Shown here piece after piece: positions 39,748 through 53,237 of a stretch of 64,000 nt of DNA. The notes below the pieces were generated by a model. The model worked only from the letters and a program-made list of their open reading frames with translations. It did not search any database and was not told the origin of the DNA. The stretch is from Octopus vulgaris. Its lineage: Eukaryota. The position numbers were made by a program, and so were the translations under genes. The stretch spans positions 104,346,001 to 104,410,000 of the forward strand of contig OX597819.1 in the NCBI GenBank assembly GCA_951406725.2, read 5' to 3'. Numbering within the stretch: the stretch's first letter is position 1; each line of letters opens with the position of its first letter.

Positions 39748-40212
39748 GCAAAATCCTGTGGGATGCAATGATCCAGGGCGATCTCCTCACCAGATATCGG
39801 AAATCAGACATTGTTGTGATTAAAAAACAAAGAACATGCCTAATAATCGACATAGCATGCCTCAGTGACAACAAGGTCAGTGTGACAAAAGAAGAAAATA
39901 TAAACAACTATGACGATTTGAAGCGGGATATACGAAGGTTGTGGTCAATGAGGAGAGTAGGCGTGATACCAATGGTAATTGGTGTACTAGGAACTATCAG
40001 CACTCAACTACCAATATGGCTGAAAAAGATTGGTGCAAGTGCGAAGGTAGAACACCTACAAAAATCAGCATTGCTTGGAACTGCAAGAATTCTTCGCGGG
40101 GTTCTTGAAAACCGACCAGTAAACAAACATCACTTTATCATACCCAGCAAAATAAGCTGTGAATTTTCATTTTACCCCAGTGACTCTTTGATGGCATACA
40201 CTGCAATCTCAA
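39748..40212 (+). pseudogene. 3' end of an R4/Dong-clade LINE
   Basis: KILWD..RKSDIVVI..CLIIDIAC..VIGVLG..LQKSALLGTARILRGVL, then 3' UTR and (AAT)n. Confidence 0.88.
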
Positions 40213-41025
40213 TAATGATAATAATCCTTTCTAGTAAAGGCACAAGGCTTGACATTTTGGCGGAGCGGTATAGTCGATTAAATTGACTCTAGAATAATAA
40301 TAATTACAATAGAAAATTGTTTAATGACGTAGAGATGTGATTCTCAAACTTTTTTTTTTATCAATGACTCCATTTTGACTTTATTAAAAATCAATCTTTC
40401 GTTTACCTTTTCCATTACCTGTATTATTATACAGACCACTCCAGATACACATCAGACCCTGAATTTCGTATAATGTTCTGAACAAGGTGTTACAGCTCCT
40501 TTTGAGGAATGCTTGTGCTTAGGAACGAGAAAAAGCAAAACGGATTCAATGAAAAATATTTTCAAAAGAATTCAGATGAGGATTAAAGAGTAAAATACTG
40601 AAACCAAACATATAAAGGTGAGAGGGAGGAATGGGAATAAATAAATGAAGAAGGGATGTAAAAAGTGAAAGTAGAAGAAATATGGCGATGTAGTATATAG
40701 GTAACTGTGGAGAAATGGATGAAGAAGAATATTCCAGAAGAAACAGAATAATGAGGAGAGGTGAGTTTTTGGTTCTTTGAATGTTTCCATCATTGGACTG
40801 CGGTCATGCTGGAGCACCGGTGGAGACCACCCTCATACCTTTTTTTAATATTTCAGGATTAGAACATAGGAAGAAGTGGAAGAGGGGAGGAAGGAGGGAA
40901 GGCGGAGAAGGAGGTGGAGAAGATGTACAGGAGTAGAGAAGGGGTAAAAAATTATCTTAGAATATCTAATAGGAAACCATTTGAATGCAATAGTAACATC
41001 GTCATTATCATCCTCGTTGTTGTTG

Positions 41026-41089
<64 letters not shown>

Positions 41090-41130
41090 CATCATCATCA
41101 TCATCATTATTATCATACTCATTATCATTC

Positions 41131-41316
41131 TTAAGGCTGCGAGCTGGAAGAATCGTTAGCGGTATTTCGCCCGTTGCTACGTTCTGAGATCTGTCGAGGT
41201 CGACTTTGCTTTTCATCCTTTCGAGATCGATAAAATAAGTACCAGTGAAATACTGGAGTCGATATAATCGATTATCCTCCCACCCAATTCCAAGCTTTGT
41301 GCCTATAGTAGACATG

Positions 41317-41354
<38 letters not shown>

Positions 41355-41440
41355 GGCGGCTAGCTGGCAGAATTGTTAGCACGCTTAGCAAAATGCTTAG
41401 CGGCATTTCACCTCTCCTCATGTTCTGAGTTCAAATTAGT
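41131..41440 (+). mobile_element. Two family A SINE copies
   Basis: Heads at 41131 and 41353; Nin-like domain at 41200-41250. Confidence 0.75.
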
Positions 41441-41730
41441 GGTTGTAGAAGAAGTATTAATTGTAGATGTAGAAAATAAAAATAAAAGAAACTGAAAAGA
41501 ATGAAAGAGCTAAAATTACAGCAGAGAGAAAAAAAAACACATTATAAAAAAAGTGGAAAGAGAAAGACGAACAGAGAAAGAGAGAGTGAGGGATAGAGAT
41601 AGATAGATAGATAAAGAGAGAGAGAGAGAGAGAGGAGAGAGAGGGTGGGTGGGCGGGTGGGTAAGAGAAAAGGGGATAGCGAGAGAGAAAGAGAGGGGAA
41701 AGAGAGAGAGAAGAGGAGAGATGGGAAGAG

Positions 41731-41830
41731 AAAGAAGAAGAAGAAGAAGAAGAAGAAGAAGAAGAAGAAGAAGAAGAAGAAGAAGAAGAAGAAGAAGAAG
41801 AAGAAGAAGAAGAAGAAGAAGAAGAAGAAA
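41731..41830. repeat. (AAG)n microsatellite
   Basis: Read directly from the sequence. Confidence 0.98.
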
Positions 41831-42042
41831 TAAGTAAAAAGGAGGGAAAAGGAAAATGGGACGGAGTAGATGTAGAAGAAATGGAAGCAAATTAAGAAGT
41901 TGAAGAAATAGAACAGAAATACGTTTATGAATTTGTTTTGCTAGATTCCTGATATTTGTTGAAACAAATATTCTTTTCTACTCTAGGCACAAAGCCCAAA
42001 ATTTGGTCGAAGGGGGAAAATCAGCGACTATATGTTTGCTTG

Positions 42043-42093
<51 letters not shown>

Positions 42094-42241
42094 GAGGTAT
42101 AGAGGCTAGCTACTGCCATCTCTAGCAGACGATGTGTGTTAGTACCGGAGTGAGTGGTAGAAATAGTTCAAAACCTGGACTAGTCTACTGGTTCCGTCGC
42201 TAGAAAATGATAGGGATTCGCTCCCCTGCTCGAAAATTATC

Positions 42242-42407
42242 TGTTTCTTTATTACCCACAAGGGGCTAAACACAAAGGGGACAAACAAGGACAGACATAT
42301 GGATTAAGTCGATTACATCGACCCCAGTGCGTAACTGGTACTTATTTAATCGACCCCGAAAGGATGAAAGGCAAAGTCGACCTCGGCGGAATTTGAACTC
42401 AGAACGT
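42242..42407 (-). mobile_element. 5'-truncated family A SINE with target-site duplication
   Basis: AAATTATC at 42234-42241 and 42412-42419. Confidence 0.85.
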
Positions 42408-42617
42408 TCGCAAATTATCGGATGTAGCTCCGCATCGTTAACCAGCTAGAGGAGACGTCTTCTTGGGTTTAAAAAATAGCAGTAGAGTCAGTTCGAACGG
42501 ACAGCCATGTTGAAGTAGCTACGAATAGGAATATTACTTGTCAGTACAATTACTGCGTTGATCTCTTAGAGAGATTTTAGAATTAGCCTTTTTGCTTGTC
42601 ACACCACACACACACAC

Positions 42618-42663
<46 letters not shown>

Positions 42664-42665
42664 AT

Positions 42666-42772
42666 ATTTCTTACTGACGAATCTAACGGCCTATGGAAGA
42701 TTGGCTTGATTTAATTTAATCAGGTTAGTTTACCATTAAACAATAGATGAAACGGTGCATCGTATAAGAAAT
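42666..42772 (+). ncRNA. Canonical type I hammerhead ribozyme, copy 1
   Basis: atttctta-CTGACGA-atcta..tagat-GAAA-cggtgcatcg-TA-taagaaat, with an 8-bp stem I and predicted cut after 42764. Confidence 0.92.
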
Positions 42773-43154
42773 TACAGGGTAAATGTTTTTTTTAATTTTC
42801 TCCTGGTTTGCGGAATTAATGTTATTTTGCGGTTGAAGCTTTGGCTGTTATTTCTAGTGGGTGAATGGCCTATTATGGCCGTTCCTTGATTGTGATGTTG
42901 AACTTATAAATGGTCTATGACTATTGAATTTTTTCCCACTAGGCCGCTGGTGGCAAAAAAATTCTACAAAATTTTTTGCCACCCTATATTGATTAATTAT
43001 GAATTTTCTGGTTAATTCCGTAATGGAATCGGCGGCTTATATTTATTTGCTGCCGATAAATTTGGCGCGAGTGCGATGATTTGAAAATTTTAGGTCAGAT
43101 ATTGCCGAGGCAGGGACAGAAGTGCCTCGTGAAAATATCTGTTCCGATTTGGCT

Positions 43155-43261
43155 ATTTCTTACTGACGAATCTAACGGCCTATGGAAGATTGGCTTGATT
43201 TAATTTAATCAGGTTAGTTTACCATTAAACAATAGATGAAACGGTGCATCGTATAAGAAAT
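43155..43261 (+). ncRNA. Canonical type I hammerhead ribozyme, copy 2
   Basis: Same sequence as copy 1; predicted cut after 43253. Confidence 0.92.
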
Positions 43262-43564
43262 TACAGGGTAAATGTTTTTTTTAATTTTCTCCTGGTTTGC
43301 GGAATTAATGTTATTTTGCGGTTGAAGCTTTGGCTGTTATTTCTAGTGGGTGAATGGCCTATTATGGCCGTTCCTTGATTGTGATGTTGAACTTATAAAT
43401 GGTCTATGACTATTGAATTTTTTCCCACTAGGCCGCTGGTGGCAAAAAAATTCTACAAAATTTTTTGCCACCCTATATTGATTAATTATATATATATATA
43501 TATATATATATGAAAAAACAAGTCAAAAATAGAAAATGCTAAGATAATTTTATAGTGAATCTTT

Positions 43565-43602
43565 CAGTACCGGTTTCGGTCATTTTGAGACCTTTTCAAC
43601 TG
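43565..43602 (-). ncRNA. Minimal hammerhead variant with a U3-A8 core, in a small element (~43511-43770) between TA-rich tracts
   Basis: Minus strand cag-TTGAAAA-ggtc-tcaaaat-gacc-GAAA-ccgg-TA-ctg. Confidence 0.8.
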
Positions 43603-44394
43603 TAACGATTAAATAATTAAATTTAGAAAAATTAGAAGAAAAGTTTTTTTAAAAGAATATTTCTATAGTAATGTTCAGATATAAGTAGCATTCTGCCTTT
43701 CTCTGAATCCCTTGTTTGCACTTGTGTGTTCGAGGTCGTTGTGAGTTCTTGGTAGGGTAGGTGAAGAATAATATATATGTATATATGCATGTAATGTATA
43801 TATAATCGACATCATGAACACACTGCTACAACACTGTCTACGCATCTTGAGAAGTGCTAAAACAAGAACATCGCCATCACCAACACAACCACTACTTTCA
43901 AAATAAAAACATTTCCTCTTTCTCCTATTCTTCGCCTCCTCCTTGCCCTACTTCTCTCACACTTCGTCCTCCTCCTTGACCTCCTGCTCCTACTCTCCGC
44001 CCTCCTCCTTGCCATCTTCCACCTCTTTCTACTACTACTACTACTACGAAAAGAGTAAATGGTGGAAGGAATGTATCTAGTGTATCCCAAATTGATGCTT
44101 CTCCAGATGAATGACCGCTGTCATTAAACCGCTCGAGCACATCAGAAGTGATTGCTCGGTGGCATGAAGGCAGGCAGTGGCAAGACTGAGACGACAACTG
44201 CTGACGCTAGGACGGATAAGTTACGCTTCGGAATCTTGTACGGATTGGTCACGTATGCAAAGGAAGAAACTCCGGTTTGTGCTGCCGGTTTGTGAGTCCA
44301 AAGTAAGAGGGGAAAGAGAATTAGTGAATGAATAATTTGTGACTGAACGGGAATCGAAGCTGTGACATAGACTTTCATCTTTTACCGTTTGCAT

Positions 44395-45110
44395 TCAAAT
44401 TGTTTCAGGTATTTGACTGTGGCCATGATGGAGTACCACCTTGAAAGGTTTTAGTCGAGCAAATCATCCCTAACACTTTTTTCTTTGGAAGTCTGATATT
44501 CTATCGTTCTCTTGTGCCGAACCGCTAGTTTACGGGGGACTCAAACAAACCAACAGTGGTTGTCAAGCGATGACATGTGTATGGCAAACATAGACTGATC
44601 TTCCATTGGATACGACGACGAGCGTTGTAGTTGATCCTAGCAACGCAACAGCCTGTTTGTGGAATTAACGCGCAAGTTGCTGAACACTCCACAGATTCGC
44701 GTACCTTTAACGTAGTTTTCAGGATCACTCAGCATGACACAGAATGTGACAAGGCTGGCCCTTTGAATAATAATACAGGTACTTCTCATTTCTGCCAGCT
44801 GTGTGAACTGGAGCAACGTGAAATAAAGTGCCTAGCTCAGGGACACAATGCACCACCCTGAATCGAACTCAAAACTTTACGATCGTGAGTTGAATAGTTT
44901 AACCAATAAGCCACGCGCTTTCACATGACAAACGCATGTACAGAGACGGGGTTTCGAACAGTTTCCATTTAACAAATTCACTCGCAACGCATTTGGTCAG
45001 TTCATTGCTATAGTAGAAAACACTTGTCCAAGGTATCTGGAAGTGAAACTGAACCTTTAACCACGTGGTTTCAAAGCGAGCTTCTTAACTACACATGCAT
45101 GCCTGCACTT
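44395..45110 (-). mobile_element. Old composite SINE interrupted at its centre by another tRNA-derived SINE (44590-44925)
   Basis: The 3' half at 44395-44575 and 5' half at 44945-45110 match 22458-22866; the nested element has its own A/B boxes. Confidence 0.75.
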
Positions 45111-45553
45111 ATCACTTCGATCGCACTAGAAAAAAGAATGTCAAAAGTCCGGGATAGGTAGGGAATAGTGTGTGAGTGCATGAAATAGAATCGAACCATT
45201 TACTCAAAGTAAGCAAACTTGCAGTGTTACCACCACAAAATGTTGATCGTAAGAAGTTGTATGGCTTTCTCTCGAAATATTGTTTACGATATAATTTTAT
45301 TGTGATTAAACTATTATCTTGTGATAGAATTGTTGTTGTTGCTGTTGTTGTTGCTGCTAGCAATGGTGGCAATACTGTCATCGTCATTGTTGTTGATGTT
45401 GTTTTTTTGATCATGATGATGGTAATGATGATGACGATGACGACGACGATGATGGGAGATGATGATGATGATGCTTATAGTAGTGGAGTTAATGATGGTG
45501 GGGGCGATAATGGCACGGGTGTTGGTAACAATGATAACGATGACGCCGACGAC

Positions 45554-45593
<40 letters not shown>

Positions 45594-46446
45594 GTAGTGG
45601 TAGTGTTTTTGGTTGTGGTGGTTATCATGATGACGATCATTACAGCAATGGCCGTAGTCATCGTAGTGTTGATACTGCAGCTGCTGACAGTTAAGTTAGT
45701 GATGCGGGTAGAAATGGGGACTTGTTTATTATTAAATTTTTTCCCAATAATAACTAGCTGCTGCTACAGTTGATAATAATGACGATGATAGCGATGATTA
45801 TTGTTTTTGCTGTTATGTTGTTGCTGTTGCTATTATTATTATTATTGTTATTGTTATTTATGAGGTGATAATTTTGTTGGTGATGGCTGTAGTGATGATA
45901 ACGAAAATGAAGATCATAATGGTGCTGATGCTGATGATGATGATGATGGTGACGGTGAAGATGAGGATTTTGATTATAATGCTGATGATTAGAACGATGA
46001 TAGTGGTGGTGTTGATGGTGGTAACGCTGAAGAAAATGATGATTATTTTGGTTATGATGATAATTCTATAGAGAATGAGATACACAGAGTAATTGGATTA
46101 GCTGCCATATCTCTATTCCAGCTGTTCCAACCAATGCTGTGCACCTCCATGGGTTCCTGCACCACAACAATATAATCCATTGTTGTCTCATTATAACAAA
46201 AGCCTAATCCCAATATCAACAATTTATACGACACTGTGCAACGAGAATCCATATCGGAGACAAGTTAACCTGCACACAAACATTGTCCTATACGAGGGGC
46301 ACCTATTGTCCTATTCACTGATAGATTTAGGGTTAGGGTTAGAGATACAGCAGCGTACAGAGATTTTGGTCCCCAGTATATTTGTCCTACCTAGTAGGTA
46401 TGTATGTATGTATGTATGTATGTATGTATGTATGTATGCATGTATG

Positions 46447-46490
<44 letters not shown>

Positions 46491-46530
46491 CAGCCCACCC
46501 ATTTCTTAACGCAGATATAAAATGGGACAT

Positions 46531-46634
<104 letters not shown>

Positions 46635-46664
46635 TTAATAATAATAATAATAATAACAACAACA

Positions 46665-46850
46665 ATAGTTTCAAAATTTGGTACAAGGCTCCTAATTTCG
46701 TGGGTGGGGTTAAGTCGACTACATCGAGCTCAGTTTACAACTGGTACTTATTTAATCGATCCGGAAAAGAAGGAAAGGCGAAGTCGACCTCGGCTGCATT
46801 TAGACTCAGAACGCAAAGACATACGGAAGCATTTTGTCCGTCGTGCTAAA
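46665..46850 (-). mobile_element. Family A SINE, diverged
   Basis: CTGGTACTTATTTAATCGATCCGGAAAAG..GGCGAAGTCGACCTCGGC. Confidence 0.7.
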
Positions 46851-47067
46851 CCTAGTTATGAAGATTGTCAGAATGTGGAGGATGAAAACCAATACGGTAC
46901 CTGTTACCACAGAAACATTCGGAGTAATGCAGAAAGTGACAAAGTTCATTGACGTGGTACCAGGAAAACTGTTTGAAGGAAATAGGAATAAAGCTCTGCT
47001 TACACATGAAGAGTATTATCTCCCAAAATTCCATAATCCTATAAAAGTTCAATTGAGTATACATATG

Positions 47068-48230
47068 TACGAGGGTCGGCTGAAAAGTTTGTAGGCTGAC
47101 CAAGATATTCTCATGCAATGTAACCAAATGAGGTTTATTTTTCAATATAGTTCTTCTTGTATCCACATCCTTCTTTCATCAGTGTTTCACTGTTTGGATA
47201 CTATTGGTAAAGAAGCTTTCATGTTGGTCAAAAAAATTCATCAACAACAGCATCGTCATCATCAGAGAGAATATCAAGAGAATAGGGAACGTGATCAACC
47301 AGTTCAAAGTCAGTCACACACAACAGACTTTGGAGCGAAGGGCTTGTGCGCTGGAGAATTATGCTGATGAAAGAAAACCCTGTTTGTCAGTTTTCCTAAC
47401 CGTTTGATCTCGATACTCTTTCATAACTACCTCAGTAAAATGGCATAGTAATTTCCATTGATGGTGTGGTCCTTTTGATGATAAGTCAATAAACACAATG
47501 CCTTCTACATCCCCCAAAACTGAAGTTATCACCTTCCTTGCAGATGAAACGACTTTGGCTTTCTTTAGAGCAGATGAGGAGGGGGTTTCCACTGCTTAAA
47601 TTGCCTTTTTGTCTCTGGTTCCATGTGATGAACCCTACACTCATCACGAGTTAGTTAGGAAACGTTCAAGGAAACCAGCTGAGTTTGCTTCAAACAATGT
47701 CAGGTTTCTCTTAATGTGACCATCCTGGTGCGCTTTTGATCAGGTGACAGAAGACGTGACAACCACCAAGCAGAAACCTTCTTCATATCAAGTTCATGGA
47801 ACAAAATATTCTTAACTCTCTCACGGAATATGCTAATAGCATTGACAATTTGATTTATAGTCAATCGCCAGTCATCCATCTCTATGCGGTTAACTTGACC
47901 AACGTTTCTCCTGGTAGTGGCAGTTGCAGGACGTCCAGTCCTTTGGTCATCTTCAAGACTCCCCCTTCCCCTCCTAAATTCAGCCGCCTATTTTTGTGCT
48001 GCGGATAAAGCTGGAGTGTCGTCCCCTAATGTAGCAGCCTTGCCAGCCTGAATGTCATTGAAAGCTAAAGCCTTTTTCTGCAGCTGTTAAATTTTGTCGA
48101 TTATCAAGAGAAACCGCTACTAGTTACCTTTGTAGTATTTTTTGAAGATATGTAGGTTTACCTGGGAAGAAACAAGGCAGTTATTTATAAGGAGAGTTGA
48201 AATTAATGCATGCACGGTTTCACAGCTCTA
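47068..48230 (-). mobile_element. Decayed mariner transposon
   Basis: TIR-like TACGAGGGTCGGCTGAAAAGTT at 47068. Minus-strand peptide LKKAKVVSSARKVITSVLGDVEGIVFID matches the mariner pattern PKKAK..SAGKVMA.VFWD..GI..ID. Confidence 0.8.
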
Positions 48231-48379
48231 GGATACTAAACTGGTACTTATTTTATCGACCCCGAAAAGATGAAAGGCAAACTCATCCTCGGCGACTTTG
48301 AACTTAGAACGAAAAAGCGGATGAAATACTATGATGATGATTTTACCAGCTCGCCGCCTTAAAGCTTTTGATAATATTC

Positions 48380-48895
48380 CTACACATAGGTTCTGGAGAT
48401 ACTGATCATGAATACTGTAATACTGATAATTAGAAAATACACGAAATATGTGACGGGTAAATGGCTAACAATTTTCCAGTTGTAGAGAAAAGACGGAATT
48501 GTAAAAACTAGAAATATCATTAGAAGAGGAACATTTCACCGACCCTTTTGCTTCTGACGTTGACGCTTTCCACTGGTACGCTAAGCAGAACCAGATGTCA
48601 ATACAAATGCAATGGTAAGACAATTAACCATCTTTTGTATATTGATGATCTTCCTATGATAAACAACTCGAAATGTTACGGAAGACAGTACACGGATTTA
48701 CCAAAGAATTAAATATGAGATTCGACTCAGAAAACTGCGCCAAAGCAACTTGGAAGAGAAGAAAATTAATTAAGAACGCTAAGCTCTAGATGAAGAAAAT
48801 GAAATAAAAGAATTAGACTAAATCCAGACATGCAAATACTTAGGAATTTATAAACTAGACCGTGTACAATACAGAAATGAAAGAAAATTTGAAGC
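48380..48895 (+). pseudogene. R4/Dong-clade RT fragment
   Basis: YKCNGKTINHLLYIDDL..VHGFTKELNMRFDSENCAK..KYLGI contains the YxDD motif. Confidence 0.75.
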
Positions 48896-48899
48896 AATA

Positions 48900-49155
<256 letters not shown>

Positions 49156-50750
49156 CGAGCTGGCAGAATCGTTAGCACACCGGGCAAAATGCTAAGCGGC
49201 ATTCCGCCCATCTTTACGCTCTATGATCAAATTCTACCGGAATCGACTTTGCCTCTCATTCTTTCGGGGTGGAATATATTTTATGCTGCTGGTAATACAC
49301 ACGATGAGTTTAGTTGGTGTTGTTTTTGTTTGAAGTCAGGTTTATTTTCCTTACTAACGTACGGTTTTGTTATTGCTGTTGTGTAGCTGTTTTTTAGAAT
49401 GTATAAAAACATTACTACGATGTTATGTGAGTTAATGTAACATAGATATCTTTGTGTATGCAACTACAATTATAACATTCTGACATCATTGAAAATTGCT
49501 TCCGATTATATAACACACGCTTTTGGAATTCATTGTCGACCAGTATAGGATTGTTATTCGATTATATCTTATTTCGTAACTCACCTTCAAAACATCCTTT
49601 GTAGAATACTTTAGGGCAAGTTGATTTATTAAAACTTTTCGGTTGTATCAAGCATTCTTACGAGTTTCTGGTTACATACATAACTTTGATTATACTTCTT
49701 GTACAGAACAATTACAATTAAAAAAATTATTATTGTAATAATAATAGTTTATATATCTTTATTTGTTTATACACACACACACACACACAATATTTGAATT
49801 GATAACAGCGAGCTTCAGTAGACACGAAGTGTATATGATATGGAGGATAAAAATAGGATCACGTGATATATGACGTCAATAAGTTTTGTAGTTTGTTCTG
49901 ATAACAGTTTTGCTGCGTAATATATTTTTTGGCTATGTTTACGCAGAGTGTTGTGTGATGGAGCATTTATATCTTTCTGATATTTCTGAAGAATTCTACA
50001 CTGTCTGACTTTCACTCTCAACGATTTCCTTGGTTTATCTCTATCCAATCTATCCCATCACCATCAATGACACACGTCCTCATCTCTCAATCATTTCTAC
50101 TACAGATCAATTAGACAGTCAATGAATAGTGCAAAAATTATTACACATCGTATGAATTAAATACAAAATATTTATACGAAGATACTTAGCCATTTCTCTG
50201 AAATAAATTTTATAAAATCTCATTAAAAACGAATGACATGGCCTGCAATCAGAGATCAAAATTTGCATACTCCCATTGAAATTTCGTGACGTTGAATGGA
50301 AGGAACTACGTCATTACTACTATTCTTTTACTGTTAAATAATTTTCAGAATTTCGTCTAAATCCAAAAATTGTTGTTAACTTGATAAGGAACTCTGACCA
50401 AATTACAAAGCACAATAGACAACTAGAGAATTAAGGAATTCAATACATACGCACATATGTACCTAGTTTCGTTATGAAACAATTTCTAGATGAACACTCC
50501 ACCTACCTACAATAAGCAGCTGAGGTTATGGCTGAAATTTTAATATGTAAATTCATCGGGCTGCATCGACATTCAGCAGGATCGAACTTTTCATGCCGTT
50601 ATTGGTAAATCCCATTTCCAGTTTGACTCAATGATGTAGTACAATATTTCTTTCAACTAGGCGCCATTTTCAAAGGCACACGCATACATACACATACACT
50701 ATGAATGTGTATATGCCTCTATACACATACAATTATCTTTATTTATTTAC

Positions 50751-50824
<74 letters not shown>

Positions 50825-52150
50825 GTCTATCTATCTATCTATCTATCTATCTACCTACCTACCTACCTACCTACCTACCTACCTACCTATCTATCTATCT
50901 ATCTATCTATCTACATTCATACACACACATATATGGATGTATGTATATATATGCTTGTCTATATAGGCATATATATATTGCAAATTTAAAACGTGTCTCC
51001 TATATTCGTCGGTCTAATATACCGAGGTGAATTTCTGTGGAAAGTTAGAAATAGAATCTAAAGGGGGAAAAAAGAATAAAGCGAAAACAAACAAACCATA
51101 TTTTGATATATGCAAAAATTTTAGCTCGTTAAGCTCGCCCAACCATTCGCTATAAGTGTCTTGTATTAGCGAAAAGCATCGCATTATGGTAAAAGTTGCA
51201 TACATACAGATTGCCCAATAGATTTCAAATTAACTTCATCCACTTTTCCGATAGACAATTGGACAGCTATGGAAAATTTATGCACTTGCAAGTAACTCAA
51301 TTAATTTTCTGAACAATGAAAACGTAACTTTTGCATTGGAAAATATTTTTTTTTGTTTCTTTCGCAGCGTTCCTATCTAAATATGAAGATGGTGTAAGTA
51401 AGGTAAAGAACTTTTGACGAAAATTCAATGCTAAAAGTGAAGAATTTTACCAAAAGACAATAAACAAAGCATTGAAAACGGTGAATTCAAATGTAATTTA
51501 TGCTTGAAATTGTGTCAATTATATCTATGTACAGCTATACTGATGCGATAATTATGTGAAGAGCGTTGCCGATGCTAATACAGCTTTCACTCATTTACAG
51601 ATTAATGAATAACGGTGAGAAAGAGAAAGAGGTACGGTAGATTGTGGTGGTGTTGGTGATGGGGAGTATAGAGGAAACACGGGAGTTGGGAGGGTGATAA
51701 TAATAAACGGGAAAGGTAGTGAAAGCGAGAAAGAGAGAGAGAGAGACATAGAGTGGTACTGAAAGGTGTGGAAGTGGTTAGGGTTAGCTGGTGAGACAGT
51801 GATTGTTAGGTCCGTTATCATCTGCCATCTATTAATGTACCAGCGAAATAAAAGCGAAAAACGGCCATGATTTCAAGTCAATGTTTTAAATACGGAAAAT
51901 AGAATATTTTTGACAAATTCCTCCATTAAAATATCTCTAATCTCCATTATACACACACACACATTACACATACATGTTAAATACATATACATACGCATGT
52001 GCATGTATATAGGTATGATCGTGTGTATGAATCGCAAAGGTCGTATGGATGCATGGATACATACACACATACCTATATGTATATGCTTACGTGTGAGGGC
52101 ATATGTATGTATATATGTGTATGTATCTATATGTATGTATACATACATTC

Positions 52151-52184
<34 letters not shown>

Positions 52185-53204
52185 CGACCTAGCTATATAT
52201 ATTTACGCATACATTAATATGTAGATGCGTAGGTATGTGTTTGTGCACCTATATATATGCGTGTTTGTGTGTTTACACACACACACACACGTTCATACGC
52301 ACAATAACACACACTCATACGTACATATGTATGCGTGCGCGTGTGTGTATGTGTGTGTGTGTGGATGCATACATTAATATATACAAATATTCAAACATTA
52401 ACACTCATACATATAATTGTAGATGCATTAATATATACACATTTACATGTGGTGTGGGGTTAGCGGGGCGATTGCACTTAAACAGGAACAAATTCAATTT
52501 GTAGCGGAAGAAAGGTTATAATTGATTGATTCAATTTCAACACAATAACGTTATATATTGACTAGGTAGACAGCTAATGTCTCCTAAAGAAGACTTTGTA
52601 ATCTTTGTCTACAAATACCAATATAATTCTGCTAGTTGTTTTGTCATTATGAGCAGCATTTCAAGTCATAATGCAGACGAAACGGTCACAGATGTTTTGA
52701 TGATGAGGTCTATGTATACGAAATCAAATCCAAGTTGTCTCCCATAGAGTTTTAAGGATTTGTGCATTTAATATTCTACTGATCTTTTAAGGTCTTTATT
52801 AAATTATTTGTCATACTCTAGAAATGACACCGATTACTGTTTCTATTATTTTAGTGACAACATGCAAAAATTCTTCACACACACACACACACACATTTAC
52901 TTATATGTTCATGTGTGCAAACTAGGGTTCGTATCTTTATATAGAGCAATTGTAGAATCGAACAAAATATACATTGGAGCCCAAATGATAGTGAAAGATG
53001 TAATCAATGAGCATGAAATATAATTGACAATATATCCAAAAATATACGTAAATTTCATTTCCAACACCTCTAAATCTTGCTTTAGCAAACACGCAGACAT
53101 TTTGAATAAAAATATAAGTGAAAATACTTCTTTCGTTTCTAATATGTGTGTGTATGTGTGTGTGCGTGTGTGTGTGTATGTATGTTTGTGTGTGTGTGTG
53201 TGTA

Positions 53205-53237
<33 letters not shown>

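Larger units (their letters stand above)
42665..43489 (+). mobile_element. Retrozyme-like element: two 336 bp direct repeats, each with a hammerhead, around a 153 bp spacer (489 bp period), in (TA)n
   Basis: 42665-43000 equals 43154-43489 with no difference seen by eye. No ORF; (TA)n on both sides. Confidence 0.92.

Noticed and set aside
42091-42603. Possible solo LTRs (this region minus its SINE, and 44095-44368)
   Set aside because: Only TG..CA-like ends were seen, with no second copy, target-site duplication or internal sequence to support the call.
46052-46275. Possible minus-strand host exon after a TGTGTGCAG acceptor-like site
   Set aside because: No recognisable protein similarity and no partner exons were found.
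46325-46345. TTTAGGGTTAGGGTTAG telomere-like repeat
   Set aside because: Under three units; too short to indicate a telomere or healing event.
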